63,673 nt of DNA from a virus (Duplodnaviria > Caudoviricetes), in the IMG/VR virus record IMGVR_UViG_3300045970_000154, positions 1-63,673 of that record, one strand, 5' to 3'. The notes beneath the pieces are model-generated. The model worked only from the letters and a program-made list of their open reading frames with translations, was not told the DNA's origin and searched no databases. Below, piece by piece: positions 8,997 to 19,081 of the stretch (its first letter is position 1; each line of letters begins with the position of its first letter). The translations under genes were made by a program, and so were the position numbers.

Positions 8997-9968
8997 TTAT
9001 TTCTGAAACGGATAAAGCCACTGATTTATCTTGTCGGCCAGTCCGACCTTACCATCGCGGAACATTAGCTCCTCGATTTCATTTACGTCTACCCTGCCCT
9101 TCGACTCAAAGTCTTGGATAACCTGATCCAGGTACTGCACTCCGTCTTCTCCGATGATCTCTACGTAACCTTCTCGGTCGTGATTGAGGTTGACCAGTTT
9201 GAAATTGAACCAAATCTGGTTGAAGTCTCTCTTGAGTTCTTCGTGGGCGTTTTTAGTAAGCCTGGGAACCTCCAGGTCCTCTACCTGCGCCTCGATGTCA
9301 GCTAACTCGCCGTACTTAACAACCAACTTGAGGGCTGTCTTCTCGCCCAACCCACCAGGAGACTTGATGCTATCTGATGTGTCTCCTGAGAGTGATTTTA
9401 CGTGCGCATAAAGGTAAGGTTCAATCTCCCATATGTCTTTGAACTGCTTGTAGTTCATCCATACTTTGCTAGGTATTCTGTCTGCACTTAATCCCGCTGC
9501 CATTGCCTTGTTGTACCCCGACTGCACAACTCCAGGACGCAGGAGCTGGTGCAGGTCGGAGTCTGTCGAAAGTAGGCAGACGTTCCACTGTTCTAGGTCA
9601 ATATTGTTTATGACGTAGGCAATGCAATCGTCTGCCTCGGTTCCGTCTACCTTAACTACCTCGATCCCGAACAGGTGAGCCGCGTCTATGATGCAGCTCA
9701 CCTCTACCATAAACTTCGCGTAGTCTTTCTTCTCCCCCTCATTCTGGTTAGCCTTACGGGTTCTGCGGTCAATCTTGTAGTCAGGATACATTCCAAATCT
9801 AAACCTGCTTCCTCCCTTTCCCTCCGTAACCATCACTATCTTGTCTATGTTGAACTGCTCTGCCATTGCCCGTAGGTCACCATAGAATCTCCAGAACTTG
9901 TCACGCTCTTTGGTATGGTGTAGGTAGTATACGGTGTTCAGTGTATCTACTAACAGTATGCGCTTAAT
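8997..9968 (-). CDS. 5'-3' exonuclease / flap endonuclease (T5 D15-like)
   Basis: EADDCIA, STDSDLHQL and GDTSDSIKSPGGLGEKTA (H3TH) motifs. The N-terminal ILLVD motif lies upstream of the first ATG, so the start is placed at ATT 9968. Confidence 0.85.
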   Translation of the reverse strand: MKRILLVDTLNTVYYLHHTKERDKFWRFYGDLRAMAEQFNIDKIVMVTEGKGGSRFRFGMYPDYKIDRRTRKANQNEGEKKDYAKFMVEVSCIIDAAHLFGIEVVKVDGTEADDCIAYVINNIDLEQWNVCLLSTDSDLHQLLRPGVVQSGYNKAMAAGLSADRIPSKVWMNYKQFKDIWEIEPYLYAHVKSLSGDTSDSIKSPGGLGEKTALKLVVKYGELADIEAQVEDLEVPRLTKNAHEELKRDFNQIWFNFKLVNLNHDREGYVEIIGEDGVQYLDQVIQDFESKGRVDVNEIEELMFRDGKVGLADKINQWLYPFQK

Positions 9969-9978
9969 GGTTGGTCTC

Positions 9979-10170
9979 CTAAATTACGTTCCAGTTGTCG
10001 TACCCAATCTCGTCCATTAGAGCCTGAGCTGCCAACTCTGCCTCGTTCCGGTTTGTAAACCTTTTATACTGATTTCCTGTACGATCATAGACGGGGAACG
10101 ATCTAGTGTAGTCACACCCGCAAGACGCCTCGCAATACTGTAGAGCGAAAGCTATATAGGTATCCTTCAC
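9979..10170 (-). CDS. hypothetical protein
   Basis: 63 aa, coupled to the ligase stop. Confidence 0.5.
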   Translation of the reverse strand: MKDTYIAFALQYCEASCGCDYTRSFPVYDRTGNQYKRFTNRNEAELAAQALMDEIGYDNWNVI

Positions 10171-11546
10171 ATACCCTCCACGTTTATAGTCGTCTTGTCA
10201 TACCGCCTGCTGACCAGAGTAGCAATACGCAGACTGTTATCAGCCGTTTTGTCCTGGTACTTGACCTCAGCAATACCTTTTAGGTTTCCGCAAAGGTACT
10301 CAGCCCACCACTCGATGCGTTCATCGTCATCTATCCCCGATCCGACTCGTGTGGTTATAACTCCATCAGAGCAGATAAGACCTCCCATCTGCCCTACGTA
10401 CTTCGTATCCGGCTCACCTTCGTAAGCTCCGATGATAGCCAAGTCCATTGTGTAGAACTGCTTGAGTTTCAGGATTGCGTTGCTGCGTTTGAACTCGTAC
10501 TTCGCCCAGATACACTTGACCATGACCCCCTCTCCAGCAGGCATGGTGTAGGTCTGAGTCTTGCCTTTAGGGTCGGTGAAGGCGTAGACTCTGCCTCCTT
10601 GAGCGAGAACCTTATCGTAGACTGCCCATACATCTTTGGAGCAGGTAGCTATGACGTTAGGAACTACCGAGACGTTTGGTAAGTTGAACCCGCAATGCTC
10701 AAACAGAGCAGTGAGTTCCATCTTCCTAGTCGCTAAAGACTTTACTTCGCCCTTCTTACCGGCAGACTCGAAGTAGTCAATGTCCAACACATCCCATACG
10801 AAGTAACCAAGGTACTCCAGGACTTCTTCGGGAGTAGTGTGGCCAGACGTAACCATCGACTTGCCACCTTCAAACTGCCACTTGTGGTCTTTATGCTTGA
10901 TGAAGGTCTTGTTGTAGGGGCAGAACTTGGTGGCTAGAATTTCACCATCAAGCACGAAGTCTTTTCCGGGGTAGAGGTTGAGAATCTGCTTACCCAGAAC
11001 GTCTAAGCCCTCGAACTCGAAACCTTCTCGGGAGTAGAAGTTTACTTTGTCATTCTTGCAGACTGCTATGGTGCGCAGACCGTCTAGTTTCTCTTCAACA
11101 ACAACCGGGTACTCCAAATCATCCAGTTCTTTTACGGTGTTGGCTAGTTGAACTTTGAACTCTGGTATCAGTCCTGGGAAAGCTTTGTTGATGGTGCTGT
11201 CTATGCCTACGTTCAGGTCCCTTTGGATGATTCTGACGACCCACTTCGCACCCTCTTCGGTACACTTGGAGAGTAGTCTTTTAATCATTGCTTTGGCTGC
11301 GTTACTGCCTGTTGTGTGCTCTGAAAGAAGCATGAGAATCTGCTGTAGTTCTTTTGAAATGTCAGGCTGGACTAGGTTATAGGTTTCAGGTAGGTCTAGT
11401 TTACTGACTCGGTAGGTAATGAACTTGTTGTAGGTGAGCCAGAGCAGAAGCCTTAAGGTTGGAGTATCGTTACGCTGTAAAATTGCTAGCTTGTCATTCT
11501 TAGACGCGGTTTCTGACAACGCCTGGAACACTTTAAATTCTTGCAT
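10167..11546 (-). CDS. lig: ATP-dependent DNA ligase
   Basis: EEKLDGLR (motif I), LDGEI, EGVMVK, LKLKQ and a C-terminal OB domain. Confidence 0.92.
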   Translation of the reverse strand: MQEFKVFQALSETASKNDKLAILQRNDTPTLRLLLWLTYNKFITYRVSKLDLPETYNLVQPDISKELQQILMLLSEHTTGSNAAKAMIKRLLSKCTEEGAKWVVRIIQRDLNVGIDSTINKAFPGLIPEFKVQLANTVKELDDLEYPVVVEEKLDGLRTIAVCKNDKVNFYSREGFEFEGLDVLGKQILNLYPGKDFVLDGEILATKFCPYNKTFIKHKDHKWQFEGGKSMVTSGHTTPEEVLEYLGYFVWDVLDIDYFESAGKKGEVKSLATRKMELTALFEHCGFNLPNVSVVPNVIATCSKDVWAVYDKVLAQGGRVYAFTDPKGKTQTYTMPAGEGVMVKCIWAKYEFKRSNAILKLKQFYTMDLAIIGAYEGEPDTKYVGQMGGLICSDGVITTRVGSGIDDDERIEWWAEYLCGNLKGIAEVKYQDKTADNSLRIATLVSRRYDKTTINVEGM

Positions 11547-11577
11547 GGTTTCTCCTTATTTAGTGCGACCTGTCGCA

Positions 11578-11853
11578 CTAGGTAGCAAGCAGTTCTCTCA
11601 TCCTAAAAAAGCCCCGTAGTTCAGGGTAGTATGTTTCGATCAGTCTTACGTACCTGCTTCGGTAGTTGTTGTTCAACTTAAACTTGCTCCCGTCTGACTC
11701 TATGTTGATATGCCAGCGTATCCTTTCAAATATGCCATTGATGGAGTAGTGCGGGTAGCCGCTAGACTTTGCTTCCAGTGCATACTTAATGATGAGTCTG
11801 TAGATGGTAGGGTTATTTCGGTGATACTCGTCAAAGGACTCTTGGATATTCAA
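11578..11853 (-). CDS. conserved phage hypothetical protein
   Basis: ERIRWH...FKLNNNYRSRYVR motif typical of a widespread phage family. Confidence 0.6.
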   Translation of the reverse strand: MNIQESFDEYHRNNPTIYRLIIKYALEAKSSGYPHYSINGIFERIRWHINIESDGSKFKLNNNYRSRYVRLIETYYPELRGFFRMRELLAT

Positions 11854-11869
11854 GCTAACTCCTGTGTGG

Positions 11870-12160
11870 TTATACTACGTGAACGATATGGCCCCGACTT
11901 CCCCACCTAGCCAGAATATCTACAATCTGTTGCACATATACATACAAGTCGTTGTCCAACTTTCTATGTTGTGTAGCAAGACTGTCTAGGTCTTTCTGTA
12001 ACTCCCCGGTATAGTATGTGATCTCTTCTGGAGAGACGACCATCCCTACAGGAAGGAAGTAGGGATCTGGTCGTATGCCTAACTTGAGTAGGCTGTGGAA
12101 GAATAGAGAGGAGCTGACCCAGCCCATCTCGTTTTCTAGGAGGTACCCTGAAATTGCCAA
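11870..12160 (-). CDS. hypothetical protein
   Basis: 96 aa abutting the polymerase stop. Confidence 0.5.
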   Translation of the reverse strand: MAISGYLLENEMGWVSSSLFFHSLLKLGIRPDPYFLPVGMVVSPEEITYYTGELQKDLDSLATQHRKLDNDLYVYVQQIVDILARWGSRGHIVHVV

Positions 12161-14743
12161 TTACGCTGCCTCCTTATACTCGATCTCATCGTCATCGTCT
12201 TCGTCATCATCTTCTTCAATCATTGCCGACAAGGAATCTGCCGTCCAATCACTAGAGAAGTCGCACCAAGCTTCGCCCCACTCACAGTCGGATAACATAG
12301 GGATTTCAGAAGGTACTGGGAACTGCTCCAGATAAAACGCCACCTTCTCTCTGGCAGTCTGCTTGTAGGAGTCTGCTGCCTGAACGTACAAAGCATCGTG
12401 GATCGGACCTAGCATGATAATTGGAAGGTCGTTCTCTTCGATATCATCTAGTAAGCAACACGCGCTTATGAGCAGTCCGTCTGATGCCACGCTTTGAATT
12501 GTTGAGTTAACTGCCTGTCTAATTGCCTTAGCCTTTTCGTAATCATCCTCAGAATTGACGGCTGGAACTCTTCGCTTCCTACCCAAGAGAGAGAGCGAGT
12601 AGCCTGTCTGTTCAGTGAACCGTGTTGTCTCTTTGATGAAGTTATCAACTCCTGCATATTTACGGAAGTAATCATCTAGGATTTCCTCTGCTCGTGCTAC
12701 TAGGATGTTGGCTTTTGCAGCCAGGGTAGAGGCCCCACCACCATACAAGGATAGGAACTGTACCGTCTTTGCTATGTTACGCTCTGCTCCGTACGTCTCC
12801 TTTATCTCTGCATCCGGCATGTCTACCGGAATGTAAGGGAACAGTTCCTTAGCAATGGCGCAGTGAACGTCAACTCCTGCTAAGAAAATCTCGGTAAGCT
12901 TCTTGTCCCCTGATGCTACACAAGCGTATCTCATCTCGGCTGCTGATAAGTCTGAGCCGATAATGACGCTTCCGTCTGGTGCTCTGAACATCTTCTTTAC
13001 GTACTTTGCTGGGTCGAAACCAAGCAACTTAGCCATGCTCTTAGACACCCTGGCCATGATGTTTTGCAGGTTGGGATCTTTGCTGGACAACCGGCCAGTC
13101 TTGGCTCCACAAGCGTTATAGGTCGGATGAATCCTTCCGTTGACGCTCTTGTTGATAACTGCATCGACATACGTAGACCGTATCTTTGTCAGCATACCAA
13201 CGGTCTTGATCGCCATCAAAAAGTCTTCTTGCTCTGGGAACTTCTCTATCCACTTGTCCATCACTTCTTTGTCGGTGGACGGAGTTACTCTCTTTCCTGC
13301 TGCGTTCTTTGTTTTGGTAAACTTGACAACTGGTAGGCCCATTACATCAAAGAACAGAACCTTCTTCTGAACCGAAGAGCCTATGTTGAATTCAAATGGA
13401 GTCTTAAGTTCAGTAAGTTTGTTCTTTCGTTTGGCGTTATCTGCCGCCAGCTTCTTACGAGAAAGGATCTCTATTGCTGACTTAACATAATCAACAGTTA
13501 GCAACTCCGCTTCGACTTTTTCTATGCCTTCTGTCAGTATTTCCCGATACTTAACCGCCCACGGTACGTCCACAGGCCAGCCGTTAATCTCCATTTTGGT
13601 CAGGAGATAGCTGAATCTCATGACCATTTGGAAGACTTCTTCCTGCTCTTCTTGAACCAGCAACTCCAGGAACTGATGGTACAACCGGATGGTTACATCG
13701 GTGTCGGCCAGGGCATACGGGGCTAGTATCTCGAAGGGGATGAACTTGTAGCTGAACTCCTTCTTCTTTAGCTTATGCTCTTTACAGTACGCGTCTTTAA
13801 AGCGTTCAAGTGGTAGCTCGTAATCTCCCATGTCTGTCATCGTGCAGGCCAGATCTTTCAGGCCATTGGGAGTGTTCTCATTACATAAGAATGAAGCAAT
13901 GAGGGTGTCGAATGTTCTCTTCTTGCGAACAGCCACACCCCAATGATGGTACATGAACTTGTCATCGAACTTCTTGTTGTGCCCGACAATAACTTTGCTC
14001 TCGTCAGCGAACAGTCTTCGCAAACTGCACTTGATGGTTGTCCATTCTTCCGGCGACCACAATGCGTAATAGTCGGTAGGAATAAGGTAGCTGTATCCAG
14101 GTTTATGACTGAACTGGATGGTGAGGATCTCGTCTTTATTGTGCTGAAATCCGGTAGTCTCCAGGTCGTAAGCAAACGCCTTTACGTCACTGGATAGGAA
14201 GTAGTCGTAAAACTTATTGAACTTTTCCAGTGTGTCCAGGATGGTGTAGTTGGTGGGCATCTTCTCTGCTTCCACTACCTCAGGGAACTCCATCTCTGTC
14301 TTGATTAGCTCCAGGGTAGAGGCTATGATGCCGGTGATACTCGGCTCGTACTTGGCTTGAGCTGGGTTGGGACAAGGCACTATTTTCCGACCGATAGTGT
14401 CCGAGTACAGGACTTTTCCGAAATACTTGGCGATACCTTTATAGCCGGATATCTTATCGAACGCGGCAGCTCCGATAGGAACTACCACGTTGTACCCGTA
14501 GGTATCTATCAACTCAGTTACGTATTCCGACTTTTCTTTGTAATCTGATGCCTTAGGTTTTGTAGTTACATCAGCTAGGCAGACTGCGGATACCGCCGAC
14601 AAAGGTATCCCAGCAGCCATGATAGCTTTTATCAGGGGTCCTATCCCCTTCTCCGACACCACCCCGTTTTCTATCCAGGTGGATACAGCACCATCAAACA
14701 CCAGCAGCAACTTCGCTTCTTTACCTACCCTTGCCTTAACCAC
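12161..14743 (-). CDS. polA: family A DNA polymerase with 3'-5' exonuclease and N-terminal UDG-like domain
   Basis: YDLETTG (ExoI), TGRLSSKDPNLQNI, SDLSAAEMR (motif A), RNIAKTVQFLSLYG (motif B), IHDALY (motif C). Confidence 0.95.
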   Translation of the reverse strand: MVKARVGKEAKLLLVFDGAVSTWIENGVVSEKGIGPLIKAIMAAGIPLSAVSAVCLADVTTKPKASDYKEKSEYVTELIDTYGYNVVVPIGAAAFDKISGYKGIAKYFGKVLYSDTIGRKIVPCPNPAQAKYEPSITGIIASTLELIKTEMEFPEVVEAEKMPTNYTILDTLEKFNKFYDYFLSSDVKAFAYDLETTGFQHNKDEILTIQFSHKPGYSYLIPTDYYALWSPEEWTTIKCSLRRLFADESKVIVGHNKKFDDKFMYHHWGVAVRKKRTFDTLIASFLCNENTPNGLKDLACTMTDMGDYELPLERFKDAYCKEHKLKKKEFSYKFIPFEILAPYALADTDVTIRLYHQFLELLVQEEQEEVFQMVMRFSYLLTKMEINGWPVDVPWAVKYREILTEGIEKVEAELLTVDYVKSAIEILSRKKLAADNAKRKNKLTELKTPFEFNIGSSVQKKVLFFDVMGLPVVKFTKTKNAAGKRVTPSTDKEVMDKWIEKFPEQEDFLMAIKTVGMLTKIRSTYVDAVINKSVNGRIHPTYNACGAKTGRLSSKDPNLQNIMARVSKSMAKLLGFDPAKYVKKMFRAPDGSVIIGSDLSAAEMRYACVASGDKKLTEIFLAGVDVHCAIAKELFPYIPVDMPDAEIKETYGAERNIAKTVQFLSLYGGGASTLAAKANILVARAEEILDDYFRKYAGVDNFIKETTRFTEQTGYSLSLLGRKRRVPAVNSEDDYEKAKAIRQAVNSTIQSVASDGLLISACCLLDDIEENDLPIIMLGPIHDALYVQAADSYKQTAREKVAFYLEQFPVPSEIPMLSDCEWGEAWCDFSSDWTADSLSAMIEEDDDEDDDDEIEYKEAA

Positions 14744-14990
14744 TCACATGCTCCAACTCGCACTTCCTGACTTTCCTGTCAGCACTATCCCTCTTATAGT
14801 CCAGGATGTTGTACGCTTGGGTAAGGGCATATACCTGCGCCCACGGAGTCAACTCCTCTGAAGAGAGGAACTTACGGTTCTGGGAATCGTACGTTCCGTG
14901 GTTGATTGTGTAGTCCTCGTAGACCTTCTGGGCTGCTGCTTCAGGAACCTTAACCAGCTCACCATTAGGCAGCTTCACTTTGATTACCAT
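14736..14990 (-). CDS. hypothetical protein
   Basis: GGAG RBS and TAATG overlap with the primase stop; start moved to MVIKVK. Confidence 0.55.
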   Translation of the reverse strand: MVIKVKLPNGELVKVPEAAAQKVYEDYTINHGTYDSQNRKFLSSEELTPWAQVYALTQAYNILDYKRDSADRKVRKCELEHVSG

Positions 14991-16018
14991 TACTCCTCCG
15001 TGTTGGTGCAGGTACATTTCTTGTTGAAGGGACATTTTCGTTCGTAACATCTTAACCCTGCTGTGGCTTTCATGTTGTGCAGGAAGGGATGGTTGACTCG
15101 GCATTGCGGCAATTTAGGCTTAGTCTTATTGGCTATAGCATAGTTAATCTGCTCACTGTATAGGTCGCCCAGGTCTTTACCTTCCGGCACTTGGTCTGTG
15201 CAGGCTGTGTAGACATCGAAGAACGGGTCTAAGGTTGAGCAGATGAACTGTTCTGCCTTTCGTCCGGCTTTATCGTTGTCCTTGAAGTAGATGATCTCGC
15301 TTGCCCCGGTTGCCATCATCATGAGCAGTTTGGTTTCTGACCAGTTATTTGCTCCAAAGTAGCAAAGTCCAGAGAAGCCTTTGTCTATCGCATTTATGCT
15401 GTGGAAAATTCCTTCTCCAAGCAGGATAGTATACGGTTTCTGTGACTTTACTAGGTCGTAAGGGTAGAGCCAGTCTGTCTTGCAACTGCATTTGCTGTTG
15501 CGTAAATACTTGGGCTGCTCATCCCCGAGGGCACGAGCGTCTACGCCTTTAAGCATTCCGTTGATGTAGATAGGGAAGCAGATACGGTTCTGGTACCTGC
15601 CTTGAGTGACGTAGAGTGCGTCAAGGGTTTCGTAGGTTTCGATAGAGATACCCCGGTAGCCGTCGATGTTCCACGGTGTGCCGATCGGTGTGAATACTTC
15701 CAGAGCCACGCTCTCTGTGCTTTCGTCGCTGCCATAGTTTTCCTTTATCCTTCTTAGCTTGGCTCTGATGCTGTGCCCTTGAAGCTCTAGCTCGTCTAAG
15801 TCCTCACCTCCCGCCCAGCGGCGGAAGGTGATCTCTCCCATCTTGTAGTTGCAAGCGAAGCAGTGTCCCACCAGCTTGACAATGTTTATTCGGAAGCTTG
15901 GCTTATCATCCGAACCGTCTTGGTGATTAACTTGGTTAGGACATACTATCGCTACTTCATTATCGCCAGCATGTATGTACTCAATTTTTCGTTCGTCAAG
16001 TAACGCTAGTACGTCCAT
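14990..16018 (-). CDS. DNA primase (Zn finger + TOPRIM)
   Basis: CP..H...HCFAC zinc finger, EGIFH, DNDKAG, KDLGD. Confidence 0.88.
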   Translation of the reverse strand: MDVLALLDERKIEYIHAGDNEVAIVCPNQVNHQDGSDDKPSFRINIVKLVGHCFACNYKMGEITFRRWAGGEDLDELELQGHSIRAKLRRIKENYGSDESTESVALEVFTPIGTPWNIDGYRGISIETYETLDALYVTQGRYQNRICFPIYINGMLKGVDARALGDEQPKYLRNSKCSCKTDWLYPYDLVKSQKPYTILLGEGIFHSINAIDKGFSGLCYFGANNWSETKLLMMMATGASEIIYFKDNDKAGRKAEQFICSTLDPFFDVYTACTDQVPEGKDLGDLYSEQINYAIANKTKPKLPQCRVNHPFLHNMKATAGLRCYERKCPFNKKCTCTNTEE

Positions 16019-16027
16019 TGGTTTCTC

Positions 16028-17410
16028 CTACAGCAAGTTACTTGCTATCTCAGCCAGTTCGCTGCGCTCACCCTTGGTCAGAGTAATATGCCCCGCAATG
16101 GCTTCCGCTTTCATTCTCTCCACTACATACGTAAGTCCGTTACTTGACGCATCGAGGAACGGGTGGTCAATCTGGTAGGGGTCACCAGTAAGAACAATCT
16201 TGGTGCCCTCCCCTGCCCTTGTGATGATCGTCTTGACTTCGTGCGGGGTCAGGTTCTGCGCTTCGTCAATAATCATGTACTGCTTTGGTATGGAACGACC
16301 ACGAATGTACATCAGAGGCTCAATCTGCATGATGCCCAGAGCTACCAGCTCCTTGTGGCAACCAGAGTAGCGACCTTCTTCTTTCTCTTCCTCCACGGAA
16401 GGTGAGAACCCTTCCCGCTTAACTCTCTTCTTAGGCTTAGGAAGCTTCGGAGTAGGTGAGGAGTAACCACCGAGCAGGAACTCTACGTTGTCGTAGATAG
16501 GCTGCATCCAAGGGTTGAGTTTCTCTTCCAGATCTCCAGGCAGGAACCCAATGTCCTTGCCCATCGGGAAGACTGGTCTGGATACCAACATCTTGCTGTA
16601 CTTGAAGTCCTCAGCTACCTTGTTGAGTCCTGCTGCAATAGCCATCAGTGTCTTGCCTGTGCCAGCCTTTCCGACCAACGTAACGAGCTTGATGTCATCA
16701 TTAAGCAGCAGATCCATTGCCAGCATCTGCTCGGTGTTTCTTGGAGATAACCCCCACGCAACCGGATTAGGGTCGATTCTGACCAGGATGTTATCCTTTT
16801 TGGAGTACCGAGTAGGTATCACCAACTCGGGATGTGAGGGACAAGTGAGCAAAATATACTCGTTGTCTAGGCAACTGATGTCACTAGGAACTGCGTACAG
16901 GCTTTCCACTGGGGTAGTGGTTATGAACCCACTCTCATACGAAACTGTCCTGAACCCTGGGTACAGGTCGTCTACCGCTATCTTGTTGTTCTCAAAGTCT
17001 TCGGCTTCCAGCCCTAAGGCGTCAGCTTTTATTCTGAGGTTGATGTCTCGGGAGACAAGAATTGCATTGTCTTTTCTCGGGAGGTCAAGAGCTACCGCCA
17101 AGATTCGATTGTCAGCTACACTAGGATCGAGGCTTGGGATAGCCATGTCGGAGGTGTATAACGCAATCCTCAGCGTTCCACCCTTAGAGTTAACCTGTAC
17201 TCCCTCGACAAGTGAACCCGCCATACGCAGAGTGTCTAACTGACGCGCTACTTGACGAGCGTTCCTACCCAGCTCGTCCTGGTTCTTTTTAAAGTTATCG
17301 AGTTCCTCAAGTACGGTGATCGGGATAATTACGTTGTGTTCGTCAAACTTGTAGATGCTCTCTGCTGACAGCAGTAGAACATTCGTGTCTAGGACGTAGG
17401 TATAAATCAA
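16028..17410 (-). CDS. phoH: PIN-domain PhoH family ATPase
   Basis: VLDTNVLL PIN motif, GKAGTGKT, RGRS, DEAQN, GDPYQID. Confidence 0.93.
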   Translation of the reverse strand: MIYTYVLDTNVLLLSAESIYKFDEHNVIIPITVLEELDNFKKNQDELGRNARQVARQLDTLRMAGSLVEGVQVNSKGGTLRIALYTSDMAIPSLDPSVADNRILAVALDLPRKDNAILVSRDINLRIKADALGLEAEDFENNKIAVDDLYPGFRTVSYESGFITTTPVESLYAVPSDISCLDNEYILLTCPSHPELVIPTRYSKKDNILVRIDPNPVAWGLSPRNTEQMLAMDLLLNDDIKLVTLVGKAGTGKTLMAIAAGLNKVAEDFKYSKMLVSRPVFPMGKDIGFLPGDLEEKLNPWMQPIYDNVEFLLGGYSSPTPKLPKPKKRVKREGFSPSVEEEKEEGRYSGCHKELVALGIMQIEPLMYIRGRSIPKQYMIIDEAQNLTPHEVKTIITRAGEGTKIVLTGDPYQIDHPFLDASSNGLTYVVERMKAEAIAGHITLTKGERSELAEIASNLL

Positions 17411-18015
17411 AGGGTCTCCTTTACTTGAAATTTATGCAGTTCATCATGCTCAAGCGTCTTCTTCATTCCAAAGTTACCTGCCGTATGCCAGATTATAATA
17501 CCTTCGGCCTTCATGAACCCTGGCGATGCCACGCTACCTTCTGTGCGTAGCCTATTGACTACCTTGTCAACCTCACGAGTATCAAACGCCCCCGAGTACA
17601 GGACAGGAACCACTGAGCAGCACACAGGCCGGTCGTCGCCATACCACCTGGAAACATTGAACAGGGAGAAGATCTTCTCTTCAACTAGGTAGCGCCTAGC
17701 AATCCCTTTTCCCCACCACTCTCCCGTATGGTGACCTACGCCCAACTTGAGCAGTTCGTCTTTGTTCCTTTGGCACCACCCAGCAAAGCCGTAGTTATCA
17801 GTCTTTATAGTCAACCATCGGTTACGACTACCTGCTAGCATAATCAAACCTAGCTCTCTACTCTGCTCAACAGGGAGTAGGTTGAACTCACTGTTGTAGT
17901 CTCCTTCTTGTGATATACAGACTGAGGAGTTTGTTCCGTCCAGTTTTTCGGTAATTATGATGTCCCTAGAAAACCTAGCCATCTTAGGAAACGGTGTGAA
18001 TTCAGGTGTTGACAT
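17407..18015 (-). CDS. RNA ligase (Rnl2-like nucleotidyltransferase)
   Basis: TEKLDGTN, GEWWG and EGIII motifs. Confidence 0.8.
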   Translation of the reverse strand: MSTPEFTPFPKMARFSRDIIITEKLDGTNSSVCISQEGDYNSEFNLLPVEQSRELGLIMLAGSRNRWLTIKTDNYGFAGWCQRNKDELLKLGVGHHTGEWWGKGIARRYLVEEKIFSLFNVSRWYGDDRPVCCSVVPVLYSGAFDTREVDKVVNRLRTEGSVASPGFMKAEGIIIWHTAGNFGMKKTLEHDELHKFQVKETL

Positions 18016-18017
18016 GG

Positions 18018-18782
18018 TTAACCTCCCAATTCTTTGATGAGTGCTTTAATACTCTTTGCCAGTCCTTCTTCTTCGAACTTCAGTGGTACGCCTCCAGACT
18101 CGAAGCCGTATCTTTCGGTAAACTCAGCCGGAGTTAAATGGCTACTGATGATAGTCACCTTGTTCTGTACTCGCCGCTTCGTTATCAAATTGGTTATGTA
18201 GGACTTGTTGAAGTCTGATGCGTATTCCTTCCCAACAAAGTACAGGCAGCATATGTCTCTTCCTTCTATGTTCTTGATACGGTCGGAGTCTTGCCACGTC
18301 TTTATTTCCGACATGTAGGTTGGCATGTCCAGCATGTAGCCATAGATCCCGCTTCTGATAGCCGCCTTGATGACGTTCGACGCAGCCAACAAGCAGGCTG
18401 TCTCACTGGCAGAATGGAAGTAGAGGATTCGTCCACTGTGTTGCAGTTTCTTTAGGTTGTTGATGATTAAGCTGTAGGCTGACAAGGTTTCTGCTGAGGC
18501 TAGGGGAAGTGAGTCATCCCTGATGAACATAGGAGGAACTCCTGCTAACTTACACAGTATGTCGGTTCGTTCGGTATTGGCCATGCGACTCCATGCTGCG
18601 TGGTGGATGGTTTCAATGATTTTAGGTAACTCGTCTAGGACTCCATATAGAGTCCTTCGGTGGATGCGAAAGATGAACTTTACATAGGATGGAGGTAACC
18701 TAAGGTGGTCTCGGAACTGATAGTAACTCTTCCAATCGTAGCCTAATTTGCTGAGCGGATTCTTCGGGATGTAATCTGACAC
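18018..18782 (-). CDS. DnaC-like helicase-loader homolog with degenerate Walker motifs
   Basis: C-terminal half fits the DnaC/IstB pattern (VGKEY...LITKR...TIISSHL) but there is no GxxxxGKT. Confidence 0.55.
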   Translation of the reverse strand: MSDYIPKNPLSKLGYDWKSYYQFRDHLRLPPSYVKFIFRIHRRTLYGVLDELPKIIETIHHAAWSRMANTERTDILCKLAGVPPMFIRDDSLPLASAETLSAYSLIINNLKKLQHSGRILYFHSASETACLLAASNVIKAAIRSGIYGYMLDMPTYMSEIKTWQDSDRIKNIEGRDICCLYFVGKEYASDFNKSYITNLITKRRVQNKVTIISSHLTPAEFTERYGFESGGVPLKFEEEGLAKSIKALIKELGG

Positions 18783-19072
18783 TAGGCTCCACGAGAAAAA
18801 TAAATCTCTCCAGTTGGTGTTGTTGTTCTAACTGTCCTGTTGGTTATTGAGCATTTAACTTTCCCCATCTCTATCAGCAGTCCATCTTGTATCAGTCTGG
18901 TTATCTCTGGCCTAACAAGATTTACATCGGTTGCTTTTAGTCCCACTATGACATCTCTGTCGGTTAACACTCTATCCTTTGAATAAAAGTCAAACACGTT
19001 GCTTCTCCAGGTGTCATGCGACCCTCCGTGTTTATGTTCGGTGTAACTTAAACTGCTGTTATCATGGATCAT
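18782..19072 (-). CDS. winged-helix-like small protein
   Basis: LTDRDV...VRPEITRLIQDGLLIE pattern. Confidence 0.5.
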   Translation of the reverse strand: MIHDNSSLSYTEHKHGGSHDTWRSNVFDFYSKDRVLTDRDVIVGLKATDVNLVRPEITRLIQDGLLIEMGKVKCSITNRTVRTTTPTGEIYFSRGA

Positions 19073-19081
19073 CTAATCTCC

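Noticed and set aside
16028-17410. Host assignment from the PhoH sequence
   Set aside because: It resembles deltaproteobacterial-type PhoH from memory, but this cannot be supported without a search.
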